From a virus (Duplodnaviria > Caudoviricetes): 64,000 nt of DNA. This document shows positions 52,004 to 59,569 of the stretch, in pieces. The DNA lies in IMG/VR virus record IMGVR_UViG_3300043754_000129, positions 224,001 to 288,000 of that record; one strand, given 5' to 3'. The position numbers were made by a program, and so were the translations under genes. The notes beneath the pieces were generated by a model. The model was not told the origin of the DNA and ran no database searches. It was given only the letters and a program-made list of their open reading frames with translations. The first letter of the stretch is position 1. Each line of letters starts with the position of its first letter.

Positions 52004-52186
52004 TCACTGAATCCAGTGGTAGAGAACTTCAGCGCGTCCCAGGTACATGCCCCATACCGCGGCGCTCACCACAATCGCGACGTAGCGCGGAATCGTGATG
52101 ACCTTTCGATGCCCCCGCAGTGTCGCGAGGGCGAAACAGACGAGTACAATCGTTGCAATTATGAGTTTATGTTCGAGTGCGTGCAC
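52004..52186 (-). CDS. small two-TM membrane protein
   Basis: first gene after promoter motif; hydrophobic. Confidence 0.6.
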   Translation of the reverse strand: MHALEHKLIIATIVLVCFALATLRGHRKVITIPRYVAIVVSAAVWGMYLGRAEVLYHWIQ

Positions 52187-52213
52187 TTTTGTTCTACCTA
52201 ATGGTCCAGTTAG

Positions 52214-52242
52214 GTGATATATGGTTGTTTCGTGCTTCAGTC
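52214..52242 (-). promoter_or_regulatory. phage-specific promoter-like motif (copy 5)
   Basis: GACTGAAGCACGAAACAACCATATATCAC. Confidence 0.65.
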
Positions 52243-52643
52243 TAGCGAGGCGGCAAGCCCGAGAGCTTGTAGCGAATCAATCCCCGATTCGCGCCTTTAA
52301 GCGAAAGGAACATCGTGTCGTTGCCCAAACGCCGTTCGTACTGGTACGGAAGGATCCCGTCCTGCCGATAGATCTGCTTGTCAAGCAACTGGTGGAGCGT
52401 TGCCTCATGCAGCTTGCGAATCCAGGGCACGATCAGTTCGCCGTACTCCTGTTCCTCGCGCTGGATCTTCAGCAGATACAGTTCCAGCTTTAAGGCCGCA
52501 TCCTTAAACTCCCGCAGATGCTCGTACACGTCGCGGATCACCTTGTCCGTGTACTGTTCCTTAAAGCCGTACATTCCCAGATACGAGTCGATGATACTCA
52601 CTTCATCGACTGCATCCAGGATAATGATTTCCGGTACTGTCAT
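52242..52643 (-). CDS. hypothetical protein, paralog of 57458-57844
   Basis: shared P..II...(L/I)Y...G...Y.Y..R..N...L pattern. Confidence 0.7.
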   Translation of the reverse strand: MTVPEIIILDAVDEVSIIDSYLGMYGFKEQYTDKVIRDVYEHLREFKDAALKLELYLLKIQREEQEYGELIVPWIRKLHEATLHQLLDKQIYRQDGILPYQYERRLGNDTMFLSLKGANRGLIRYKLSGLPPR

Positions 52644-53005
52644 TGCGGCACGTACTGGTACGTTTCCACTGCGCCACCCGTCGCAGCCGAAAGCACCTTG
52701 ATTTCGTACTTGTCCGCAAACTTCGCGACCATCTGACCGTCTTCGAATTCCAGGTCACCCACACACACGTGGAACATCAGGAGCGAGCGCGGGTCAGCGT
52801 TCTTCAGATTCGTCGGCAGGCGGACCTTCTTGAACTCCTGAGCACGCTTGGAGCAAGCCTTCAGGTCGAACATGTCGATCCCTTCTTTCTTGTCCTCACG
52901 CAGGACGTCGCCGTCCATGCCCTCGCGGCCCAAGTAGCCCACGATAATCCCGTCACGCGCAAAAGCAATCTGATAAGACATCTTACAAGTCCTCTTACTG
53001 GTCAT
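52640..53005 (-). CDS. hypothetical protein
   Basis: 121 aa. Confidence 0.7.
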   Translation of the reverse strand: MTSKRTCKMSYQIAFARDGIIVGYLGREGMDGDVLREDKKEGIDMFDLKACSKRAQEFKKVRLPTNLKNADPRSLLMFHVCVGDLEFEDGQMVAKFADKYEIKVLSAATGGAVETYQYVPQ

Positions 53006-53549
53006 CGTAGTCGGTTGCGTAGCCGACGTTGTTGGTTTGACTGATGAAAGCGTTCTCTGCTATCCCGAGGACGGTGAAGCAGAAGGTGCGCAGATAATTC
53101 GTGTAACGTGGGTCTGCACACGTCGCCGTGTAGTATTGCTTGATGCGGTTTAAATCCCACGGCACGAGATCCATCTGGCTCAGCTCGCGCGTGATCCAGC
53201 AGACCACCATGAGTGACATCAAATCCACAAAGGTGGACGAGAACGCCATGTGACCCATCGTGCGACGCGGACCGAACACCGAACCACCGGTGCCAAAGAG
53301 CAGCTCGACTTCCGCGTTCGGACTCACGCGGCTGAACTTCACATGCGCGAAGCGTTCGCTGATCGCCAGGAAGTACGCCAAGCCCGTGTCCGTGGGCGGA
53401 GGAGGATACGGCGTCGTCTGGAAGTCAAGGCTCGCTCGACCAATCTGGATGTTGCGACTCTGAATGTCCGCAAACACCGCTTGCATGATCGGCACGAGTT
53501 GTAACGACTGGGACCCCGGATACGGATCCATTGCAGGAGGAGTACTCAT
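52995..53549 (-). CDS. hypothetical protein
   Basis: 184 aa. Confidence 0.7.
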   Translation of the reverse strand: MSTPPAMDPYPGSQSLQLVPIMQAVFADIQSRNIQIGRASLDFQTTPYPPPPTDTGLAYFLAISERFAHVKFSRVSPNAEVELLFGTGGSVFGPRRTMGHMAFSSTFVDLMSLMVVCWITRELSQMDLVPWDLNRIKQYYTATCADPRYTNYLRTFCFTVLGIAENAFISQTNNVGYATDYDDQ

Positions 53550-53630
53550 GGTTTTGTTAGGAGGGGGTTCTTCTCAGAAGATGAGAGCCCAGTGTAAAAA
53601 GTAATACCGTCGGGTATCGTGGTTGGAAAC

Positions 53631-53680
53631 AAAAAAAGAGGGACGCCACCCCTCTACCCCCGGGTGGGGGCGGTCGTCTC
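53631..53680 (-). terminator. intrinsic terminator
   Basis: GC-rich hairpin then TCTTTTTTTG. Confidence 0.65.
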
Positions 53681-53715
53681 TCAAAGTCCAGCGAAGTGGT
53701 CTCCTCGCGCTGGCA

Positions 53716-54471
53716 TTACCAACCGCGGTAGTAGTACACCGGCGGGCGACGGTAGACCGGACGATATGCCGGCCAGTAGCCCGTGGCCAATGCGGGCGGA
53801 ACACCCGGCACTACCACATACGTTGATGCAGGCGGGCCAGGAGGCGGCTCGTAGGCTTCCGGCGGCATCTGGGTATATGTGGGTACCGGGCGCGGTGCGT
53901 AGACCGGCGGACGGGGCACATAGACCGGCTGCGGCTGCATCTGTTGCGCGACCCATTGCGACGGATCGAAGTTCGGATCTTGCACGGCCTGTTGCGGCGT
54001 CTGCGGGACCTGTTGGACGTAGACGTTTACAGGGGGTGCAGGCTGTTGAACTGGTCGAGCAGGATACGGCGCCTCATCCGGTCCGCTTCCATACCCCTGA
54101 GCATACGCTGGTTGGCGGCGCGGTTGCGCAGGTATTGTCGTGTAACGGGACTGATCGTCTTGGGCGACGACGCGGGGCGGCGCGGCGGCTTGCCCAGGGT
54201 ACCCGGGCGGCAGAGGCGGAGGATTGTTGGCTTGTTCATCGTCTTCCTTCTGGGACTTCTTCCCGTTGTAGTATCCGTTGCGATACGCGCGGGCCGTGCC
54301 CGACATTTTCGCATTGGGGGCTTCCACCGCGCCGTCGTCATTGACGATGGCTTCGTTGGGGTCGAGTGCGGCTTGGTCCACCGCGGCTTGTTCGTATTGC
54401 GAGCGCGGTCCATCAGCCATGGCGAGCAAGCTCGCCGAAGCCAAGGCAACGCCGATTATCAGTCGTTTCAT
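53716..54471 (-). CDS. secreted Pro/Gln/Tyr-rich low-complexity protein
   Basis: MKRLIIGVALASASLLAMA signal peptide; long PQ/PVY-rich tail. Confidence 0.75.
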   Translation of the reverse strand: MKRLIIGVALASASLLAMADGPRSQYEQAAVDQAALDPNEAIVNDDGAVEAPNAKMSGTARAYRNGYYNGKKSQKEDDEQANNPPPLPPGYPGQAAAPPRVVAQDDQSRYTTIPAQPRRQPAYAQGYGSGPDEAPYPARPVQQPAPPVNVYVQQVPQTPQQAVQDPNFDPSQWVAQQMQPQPVYVPRPPVYAPRPVPTYTQMPPEAYEPPPGPPASTYVVVPGVPPALATGYWPAYRPVYRRPPVYYYRGW

Positions 54472-54497
54472 CTTGCTCTCCTCGCGTGATGACATTT

Positions 54498-54527
54498 GAC
54501 GGCATAAAAGCCGGGCGGCTGCCCGGC
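54498..54527 (-). terminator. terminator with TTTTATGCCGT tail
   Basis: GCCGGGC-AGCC-GCCCGGC then TTTTATGCCGTC. Confidence 0.8.
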
Positions 54528-54531
54528 ATCT

Positions 54532-54786
54532 TTAAGCGGTGCGAACCCGGAAGGTCCGCAACTTGTAGCGCACCCCATTGATGCGCGCGGCGATCTGCGG
54601 ATCGCTTTCGAACTTCGGCTTGTATTCTTTAATGAACTGATCCTTCCCGTCCTTCGCGATCGCGTCGTAATCCTGCTGGGCGGATTCGAAGGCGTAATCG
54701 TTCTTGCGAAAGAGTTGACGACCGATGCCCGATGAAATCACCGAGACATCCATCACGTAGCGTCGCTTTCCAAACGTCGTAGTCAT
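54532..54786 (-). CDS. hypothetical protein
   Basis: 84 aa. Confidence 0.65.
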   Translation of the reverse strand: MTTTFGKRRYVMDVSVISSGIGRQLFRKNDYAFESAQQDYDAIAKDGKDQFIKEYKPKFESDPQIAARINGVRYKLRTFRVRTA

Positions 54787-54846
54787 TGTTTTAGCTCGCC
54801 CAGTTCTTGGCCAGGCGAGTCCTTTTATAAAGAGGTGATGCGGAAG

Positions 54847-55182
54847 TCAGCCGTTGTCCTCGTCGTCCTGATCGAGGATGTGGTTGCCCGCGACGTCATG
54901 CGATTCTTCTTCGAAATCGTTCTCAGCGTTGTCTTGCTGGACGTTCTCGATGGGGACCGTTCCGAAACGGTGGTGGCGCTCACCTTCGAGCAGACCCGAG
55001 TGCTCTTCGGCCTGCGTGCGGCTCATGCCTTGCGAGATGAGTTCCGCGTACTTGTCCGTGGCTTCAACGATGCCCGGCCAGAAGCACTTCTCGCAGAAGC
55101 CCGAGTCTTCCTCGCCGCCGTCGGTGACGACTTCCTGGCAGCCGAACTTGCCGCGGTTGCCTTTGCAGAGACCTTCACTCAT
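54847..55182 (-). CDS. acidic protein with Cys cluster
   Basis: C...C...CEKC; D/E-rich tail. Confidence 0.65.
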   Translation of the reverse strand: MSEGLCKGNRGKFGCQEVVTDGGEEDSGFCEKCFWPGIVEATDKYAELISQGMSRTQAEEHSGLLEGERHHRFGTVPIENVQQDNAENDFEEESHDVAGNHILDQDDEDNG

Positions 55183-55471
55183 GGGTCATCCTCCAGTTCT
55201 CAAGTCCGTTGCGAATCGCGATGATTACCACGATCACGGCGACGGGAATGTTGATGATGGGTAGGCACGCTGTGAGGAACCACCAGCCCAAGCCCCACTT
55301 CATGCTCCAACCTTTATTCGGCAACAGGTTGTATCCGAACTTGGACTGATTGTAACGCCAGGGCTCGCGAATCATCCGGATGTCTTCGCGGATCAGGACG
55401 ATGAATACACCCAAGTCCAGCAAGAAGCTAAGCCCCACGTAGCCGACAAAAATCCACTTCCAGATATTCAT
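55175..55471 (-). CDS. two-TM membrane protein
   Basis: AAGGA RBS; two hydrophobic helices. Confidence 0.7.
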   Translation of the reverse strand: MNIWKWIFVGYVGLSFLLDLGVFIVLIREDIRMIREPWRYNQSKFGYNLLPNKGWSMKWGLGWWFLTACLPIINIPVAVIVVIIAIRNGLENWRMTHE

Positions 55472-55480
55472 GTTGTCCTT

Positions 55481-55512
55481 AAGAAAAAAGAAAGAGAGGC
55501 CGAAGCCTCTCC
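55481..55512 (-). terminator. intrinsic terminator
   Basis: GAGAGGC-TTCG-GCCTCTC then TTTCTTTTTT. Confidence 0.8.
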
Positions 55513-55525
55513 CGCACGGATGTGC

Positions 55526-56812
55526 TTAGTTGGCCGTAGCCGTCTGTGCGCCGTTGGTGTTACCCATGGCGACAGTTGCGTTCGCCAGCCACGAGCACGG
55601 AGCCGTGGCAGACGGGTTGGCCAGTTCGTATTGCTGGCAGGCGTACTGCGCTTGCAGGATGGCCGTGTTCGTCGCGTTCAGCCCGTTGACCGGTTGGCTC
55701 GGCGTGGTGTTCAGGTTCGGGGCGATGAACTCCGTATTCACGATGTTCTGTGCGCCCGTGGTGAACGTCCACGTCAGGTTGACCGGCGAAGCGGTGAAGC
55801 TCGCGTTCGTCATGGTGCCCGTCACCTTCACCGTGTACAGCGTATTCGGCTTCAGTTGCAGGAGCGGCACGCATTGCGCGGCCATGGCAGCTTGCGCGTT
55901 CGAGTTGTTGCTCGAGTCGTATTCTGCACAGGGGACGACGAAGCCCGACGAATCGGTGATCGTGAAGGACATGCCCGAGAACGATGCGTTGTTGTAGCCT
56001 TGCATCGTCACCGCGTAGCCCAGCACGCTACCGTGTTCGTTCGTGACGGCACCACCAGCCGGTTGTTCGGCTTCCGTATCGGCCCAGGAGGTCGGCACAC
56101 CGGTCTGACCATTGAACGGCCACACGACGACTTGCGTGTCAGTAGGACGCGCCGAGCAGGGATCGGCGAAGTCGACGTTCAGGTACTCGGTGTACACGTT
56201 GCTGTTATAGAACGCGTTGAAGACTTGAGCACCATTGGCTGAGCCTGCACCGACGTTCTGGTAGCAGTAGAACATGTTCTCGCGGTGGAACGGCGCGTCG
56301 CGCAGTCCCGTGATCGAAAGAACGCTGCCACCGTTTGCCTTCTGGGTGTCGACCACGAAAGCCGAACCCGTGATTTCGCCGTCAAGCGAAGTCGGGTGTG
56401 CTGCCTGAATGCGCTGATCGACGGACGCACCCGTGAAGGTCGGCGGCGAGAGCGATTGCGTTTCGTCGTGGGTGACGAGGCTCACCGCTGCTTCGTAGTT
56501 CGCGTGGTTCTGCGCCGTGGTCGTGAGTGCCGGGAGCGTGGTCAGGACATTCAGGCCCGCTGCCGTGCGAAACGCGTTCAGGTAGTTGATGCTGTCGGTC
56601 GCGAAGTCGCCGCCTTCCGAGAGGCTCGAGAGTGCATTCGCGTTCGGCGAAACCATCGTGATTTCGGTGGCCTGGCCTGCCGGAGGAGTCGTGCTGCCCG
56701 TGGAGGTGCCGCCGCCGGAGCTGCTGGAACCACCGCCACCACCACCGCATGCCGAGAGGAGAAACGCGAAAAGCATCGCGATAATCGGCAACATGAATTT
56801 ATCCTTCTTCAT
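55526..56812 (-). CDS. lipoprotein with CAP (SCP/Tpx-1)-like domain and Ig-like domain
   Basis: lipobox LSAC + G/S linker; LNAFRTAAGL...AQNHANY...HDE...GE...PFHRENM; later LLQLKPNTLYTV...WTFTT. Confidence 0.75.
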   Translation of the reverse strand: MKKDKFMLPIIAMLFAFLLSACGGGGGGSSSSGGGTSTGSTTPPAGQATEITMVSPNANALSSLSEGGDFATDSINYLNAFRTAAGLNVLTTLPALTTTAQNHANYEAAVSLVTHDETQSLSPPTFTGASVDQRIQAAHPTSLDGEITGSAFVVDTQKANGGSVLSITGLRDAPFHRENMFYCYQNVGAGSANGAQVFNAFYNSNVYTEYLNVDFADPCSARPTDTQVVVWPFNGQTGVPTSWADTEAEQPAGGAVTNEHGSVLGYAVTMQGYNNASFSGMSFTITDSSGFVVPCAEYDSSNNSNAQAAMAAQCVPLLQLKPNTLYTVKVTGTMTNASFTASPVNLTWTFTTGAQNIVNTEFIAPNLNTTPSQPVNGLNATNTAILQAQYACQQYELANPSATAPCSWLANATVAMGNTNGAQTATAN

Positions 56813-56884
56813 TTTGGAGTACCCTCTGTCTTGGTTTAGAGTTATGGCGGGGAGCGGAATGCTCCCCTTATGCCGGTCATGCGA

Positions 56885-57361
56885 TTACGCGTGGGCTGCG
56901 ACCGGTTGTTCGACAGCCGGGCCGTTGCGCGAGACGAACGTTTCCAGATCGTTCAGGCAGTAGACGATGTAGAACACCGTGAAGAAGAACGTGTAGAAAC
57001 CGTTCAGCTTGTACGAGCGGATGCCCCACGTGTCGATGACGAGCGACTCGAGAGTCTTCTTCGCACCGAATGCCCAGACGATGTAGATCACACCCATGGC
57101 CAGCGAGAGCAGTACGCCCAGGCCCTGGATGTCGTCGCTTTCGCCGAAGAAACGGCATACGAGCGAGATGATCAGCATGACCAGCAGAGTGACGGGCACC
57201 CAGCCGGCGATGACTTCCTTACCGACGGCCTCGTTGATCTTGGCCGCGCGCTTGAACAGATAGACGACCGGCCAGATGCCGACGCCCAGAATGCCCACGA
57301 TCACGAAGAGCGCGAAGTTGACTTGAGCTGCTGCACGAATGTTCTTTGCGGTTTGCAACAT
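56885..57361 (-). CDS. four-TM membrane protein
   Basis: multiple hydrophobic helices; first gene after promoter motif. Confidence 0.75.
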   Translation of the reverse strand: MLQTAKNIRAAAQVNFALFVIVGILGVGIWPVVYLFKRAAKINEAVGKEVIAGWVPVTLLVMLIISLVCRFFGESDDIQGLGVLLSLAMGVIYIVWAFGAKKTLESLVIDTWGIRSYKLNGFYTFFFTVFYIVYCLNDLETFVSRNGPAVEQPVAAHA

Positions 57362-57421
57362 GATGACACCCCATGGAGTTTGGTTAATTGTAGTAATAGC
57401 GTTGTGCTATTTACCATGGGC

Positions 57422-57450
57422 GTGATATGTGGCTATTTTCGCTTTCAATC
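57422..57450 (-). promoter_or_regulatory. phage-specific promoter-like motif (copy 6)
   Basis: GATTGAAAGCGAAAATAGCCACATATCAC. Confidence 0.6.
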
Positions 57451-57457
57451 CGCTTTT

Positions 57458-57844
57458 TTACGCGTAATGAATCAAGATGATTTCTTTGTTGGAGCACCGG
57501 CCGGAATAGACGTAATCAAACTTGCCATTCAGGTACAGTCTGTGTTCTTCAAACAGGTTCAGGAAATCCATCCCGAGCTTATAGACTTCCCCGGCATTGC
57601 GCACGGTGAATGCAGCATCGTGACCGTGGTACGCCTCAAGGTGCTTGATCTTATCGGCCAAGGACATGAGTTGGGTGTGCGCCACGTTCTGATGGTCCAA
57701 GCAACTCACGACGCCGTCAATGACTTCGTCGGTATAGCGCTCAAGCGTCAGGTCATCCAGACACAAATCGTTACTGCGCCAGAGGCGCTGCATCTCGGCG
57801 ACGCGATCGGGCATAGGGAAGATGATCGTGGATGGAGTTCGCAT
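57458..57844 (-). CDS. hypothetical protein, paralog of 52242-52643
   Basis: see paralog. Confidence 0.7.
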   Translation of the reverse strand: MRTPSTIIFPMPDRVAEMQRLWRSNDLCLDDLTLERYTDEVIDGVVSCLDHQNVAHTQLMSLADKIKHLEAYHGHDAAFTVRNAGEVYKLGMDFLNLFEEHRLYLNGKFDYVYSGRCSNKEIILIHYA

Positions 57845-57846
57845 GG

Positions 57847-58092
57847 TTAATTCAAAACACGGTGACGATCCACGTAACGCGAGAGGATGAGCGACTCGGA
57901 ATGAATGCGATTCTCCGAGGCTTCCAACTCACTGTCGCGAATCAGGTGGACTTGACAGAAAGCACGGCCGAGTGCTTCGCCGGCTTCCACATGGTGGTCT
58001 TTGTGCTGCGCGAAATACTTCTCCTTCCATTCGTGGAAGTCTTCATACGTCATGAGACTACGGGGACGCGAAGGAAAGGGGAGCGTGAACAT
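57847..58092 (-). CDS. hypothetical protein
   Basis: start uncertain (MFTLPF or MTYEDF). Confidence 0.5.
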   Translation of the reverse strand: MFTLPFPSRPRSLMTYEDFHEWKEKYFAQHKDHHVEAGEALGRAFCQVHLIRDSELEASENRIHSESLILSRYVDRHRVLN

Positions 58093-58355
58093 GCTGATGA
58101 AACCGGCAATACTCTCTCGCAGAGAATGACCCACTTTGGTTTTAATTGACGAGAACACTTCGGGTTGTCTCCTTTTTGTTGACCTAACGGAAAAAAAGCC
58201 CACACCTCCCGAGGGCGGAAGATGCGGACGTGAATGAAAAGGCAAAGCTGAAAACCAACAAAAGGAACCAAGGAGAGTTTCGAACTCACTCATGCGGGCG
58301 CGCGATCTGAGTGGTCTACTTACTCTCCTCATGAGATACCCCCGGGCGATAACTT

Positions 58356-59558
58356 TTAACTAGACCAAGAAGTCTCGATCTGAGACGGCTCAGCCAGCGT
58401 CGTTGTAATCGGGTCGCCCAGTACTTCCATCGTGACGGCTGTCACGGTAATAACCTGCTGCTTGTGCGTGAGCACTTGACCGGCAATAGCTCTGGCAGTC
58501 GAACCGGTAATGGGTTTGACAATCAGGAACGATTGAATGCCCTTGGTGGTCAGTCCACCCGAGGCGCGAATCATGATCGAGGTGTTCACCGCGTACGACT
58601 GCATCATGGGCTTCGGTTTCAGGATCACCTGTGCGGTCGTTGCGAAGTTCATCATCCCCGTCACGCCACTACCGTTACAGAGCACCTGGCCTCGGATCGC
58701 CATCGCTTTGGCACTGGGCTTTTGTTGAGTCAGCACCTGACCCTTAATCGCCATGGCCTTTGCGGTCTTGACCCCTGAGACCATCACCTGACCTGCCACC
58801 CCTTGCAGTGTTGCCGAAGGCGGCATGGTCGCCAGTACCTGAGCCTGCACGTTCTGCACTATCAGCTTGCTCGGGACAGCAACCAACACCTGCCCGCCCG
58901 TACCCAGGGAGCTTGCACTGCGATACCCGTTGGATACCAGCACCTGCCCGCCGATCGCCTGTGTCTGGGTGGAAGGCGGAGACGCTGCCACCACCTGACC
59001 CGTCACGGCTTGCACCGTCAGACTCCGTGCTGTCTTCAGAGTCGTGAGGATCTGACCCGTGATAGCACGCGCTACTGCCGAGCTCTTCTGGGTCGCCACC
59101 ACTTGACCAGTGACTGCCTGCACAGTGATCTTGGGAGCAGGGGCCGCGATGAGGACCTGGCCACCAATGGCCGAAGACTGCGCCGCCGTGAGCGTACTGC
59201 CCACAAGCACCTGACCACCAACACCAGCGAGAGAGGACGACGGGATACCACCCGCGAGTGCTTGCGCCTGCACATTCACCACCGTGAGCGCTGCCTTCTT
59301 CGAGAGCAGTACCTGTCCGCCAATCCCCTTCGCACCCACGGGCTGAGGTGGTAAGCCCACCATCACCTGTGCCTGCACGGACTGTGCTTTCAACCCCGGA
59401 ATAGCGGTTGTCATCACTTGCGCGCGAACCGATTGCGCTTTGAGTCCGGGCAGGGTGCCTACCATTACCTGACCACGCACAGCTTGAGCCGTCATCGCGG
59501 GTTTGCTACCAACCAACGCTTGCCCGCGTACAGCTTGTACCTGAATGCTCGTAGTCAC
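58356..59558 (-). CDS. tandem-repeat structural protein (about 22 x 17-19 aa)
   Basis: repeat unit ...(A/V)Q(A/G)(V/I)x(G/A)QV(L/M)(V/T)x throughout. Confidence 0.8.
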   Translation of the reverse strand: MTTSIQVQAVRGQALVGSKPAMTAQAVRGQVMVGTLPGLKAQSVRAQVMTTAIPGLKAQSVQAQVMVGLPPQPVGAKGIGGQVLLSKKAALTVVNVQAQALAGGIPSSSLAGVGGQVLVGSTLTAAQSSAIGGQVLIAAPAPKITVQAVTGQVVATQKSSAVARAITGQILTTLKTARSLTVQAVTGQVVAASPPSTQTQAIGGQVLVSNGYRSASSLGTGGQVLVAVPSKLIVQNVQAQVLATMPPSATLQGVAGQVMVSGVKTAKAMAIKGQVLTQQKPSAKAMAIRGQVLCNGSGVTGMMNFATTAQVILKPKPMMQSYAVNTSIMIRASGGLTTKGIQSFLIVKPITGSTARAIAGQVLTHKQQVITVTAVTMEVLGDPITTTLAEPSQIETSWSS

Positions 59559-59569
59559 GGCTAGACTCC

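Noticed and set aside
58292-58363. Plus-strand 23-aa ORF after an AACCAAGGAG motif
   Set aside because: RBS-to-ATG spacing is about 15 nt and the peptide is featureless; may be an A-rich promoter region instead
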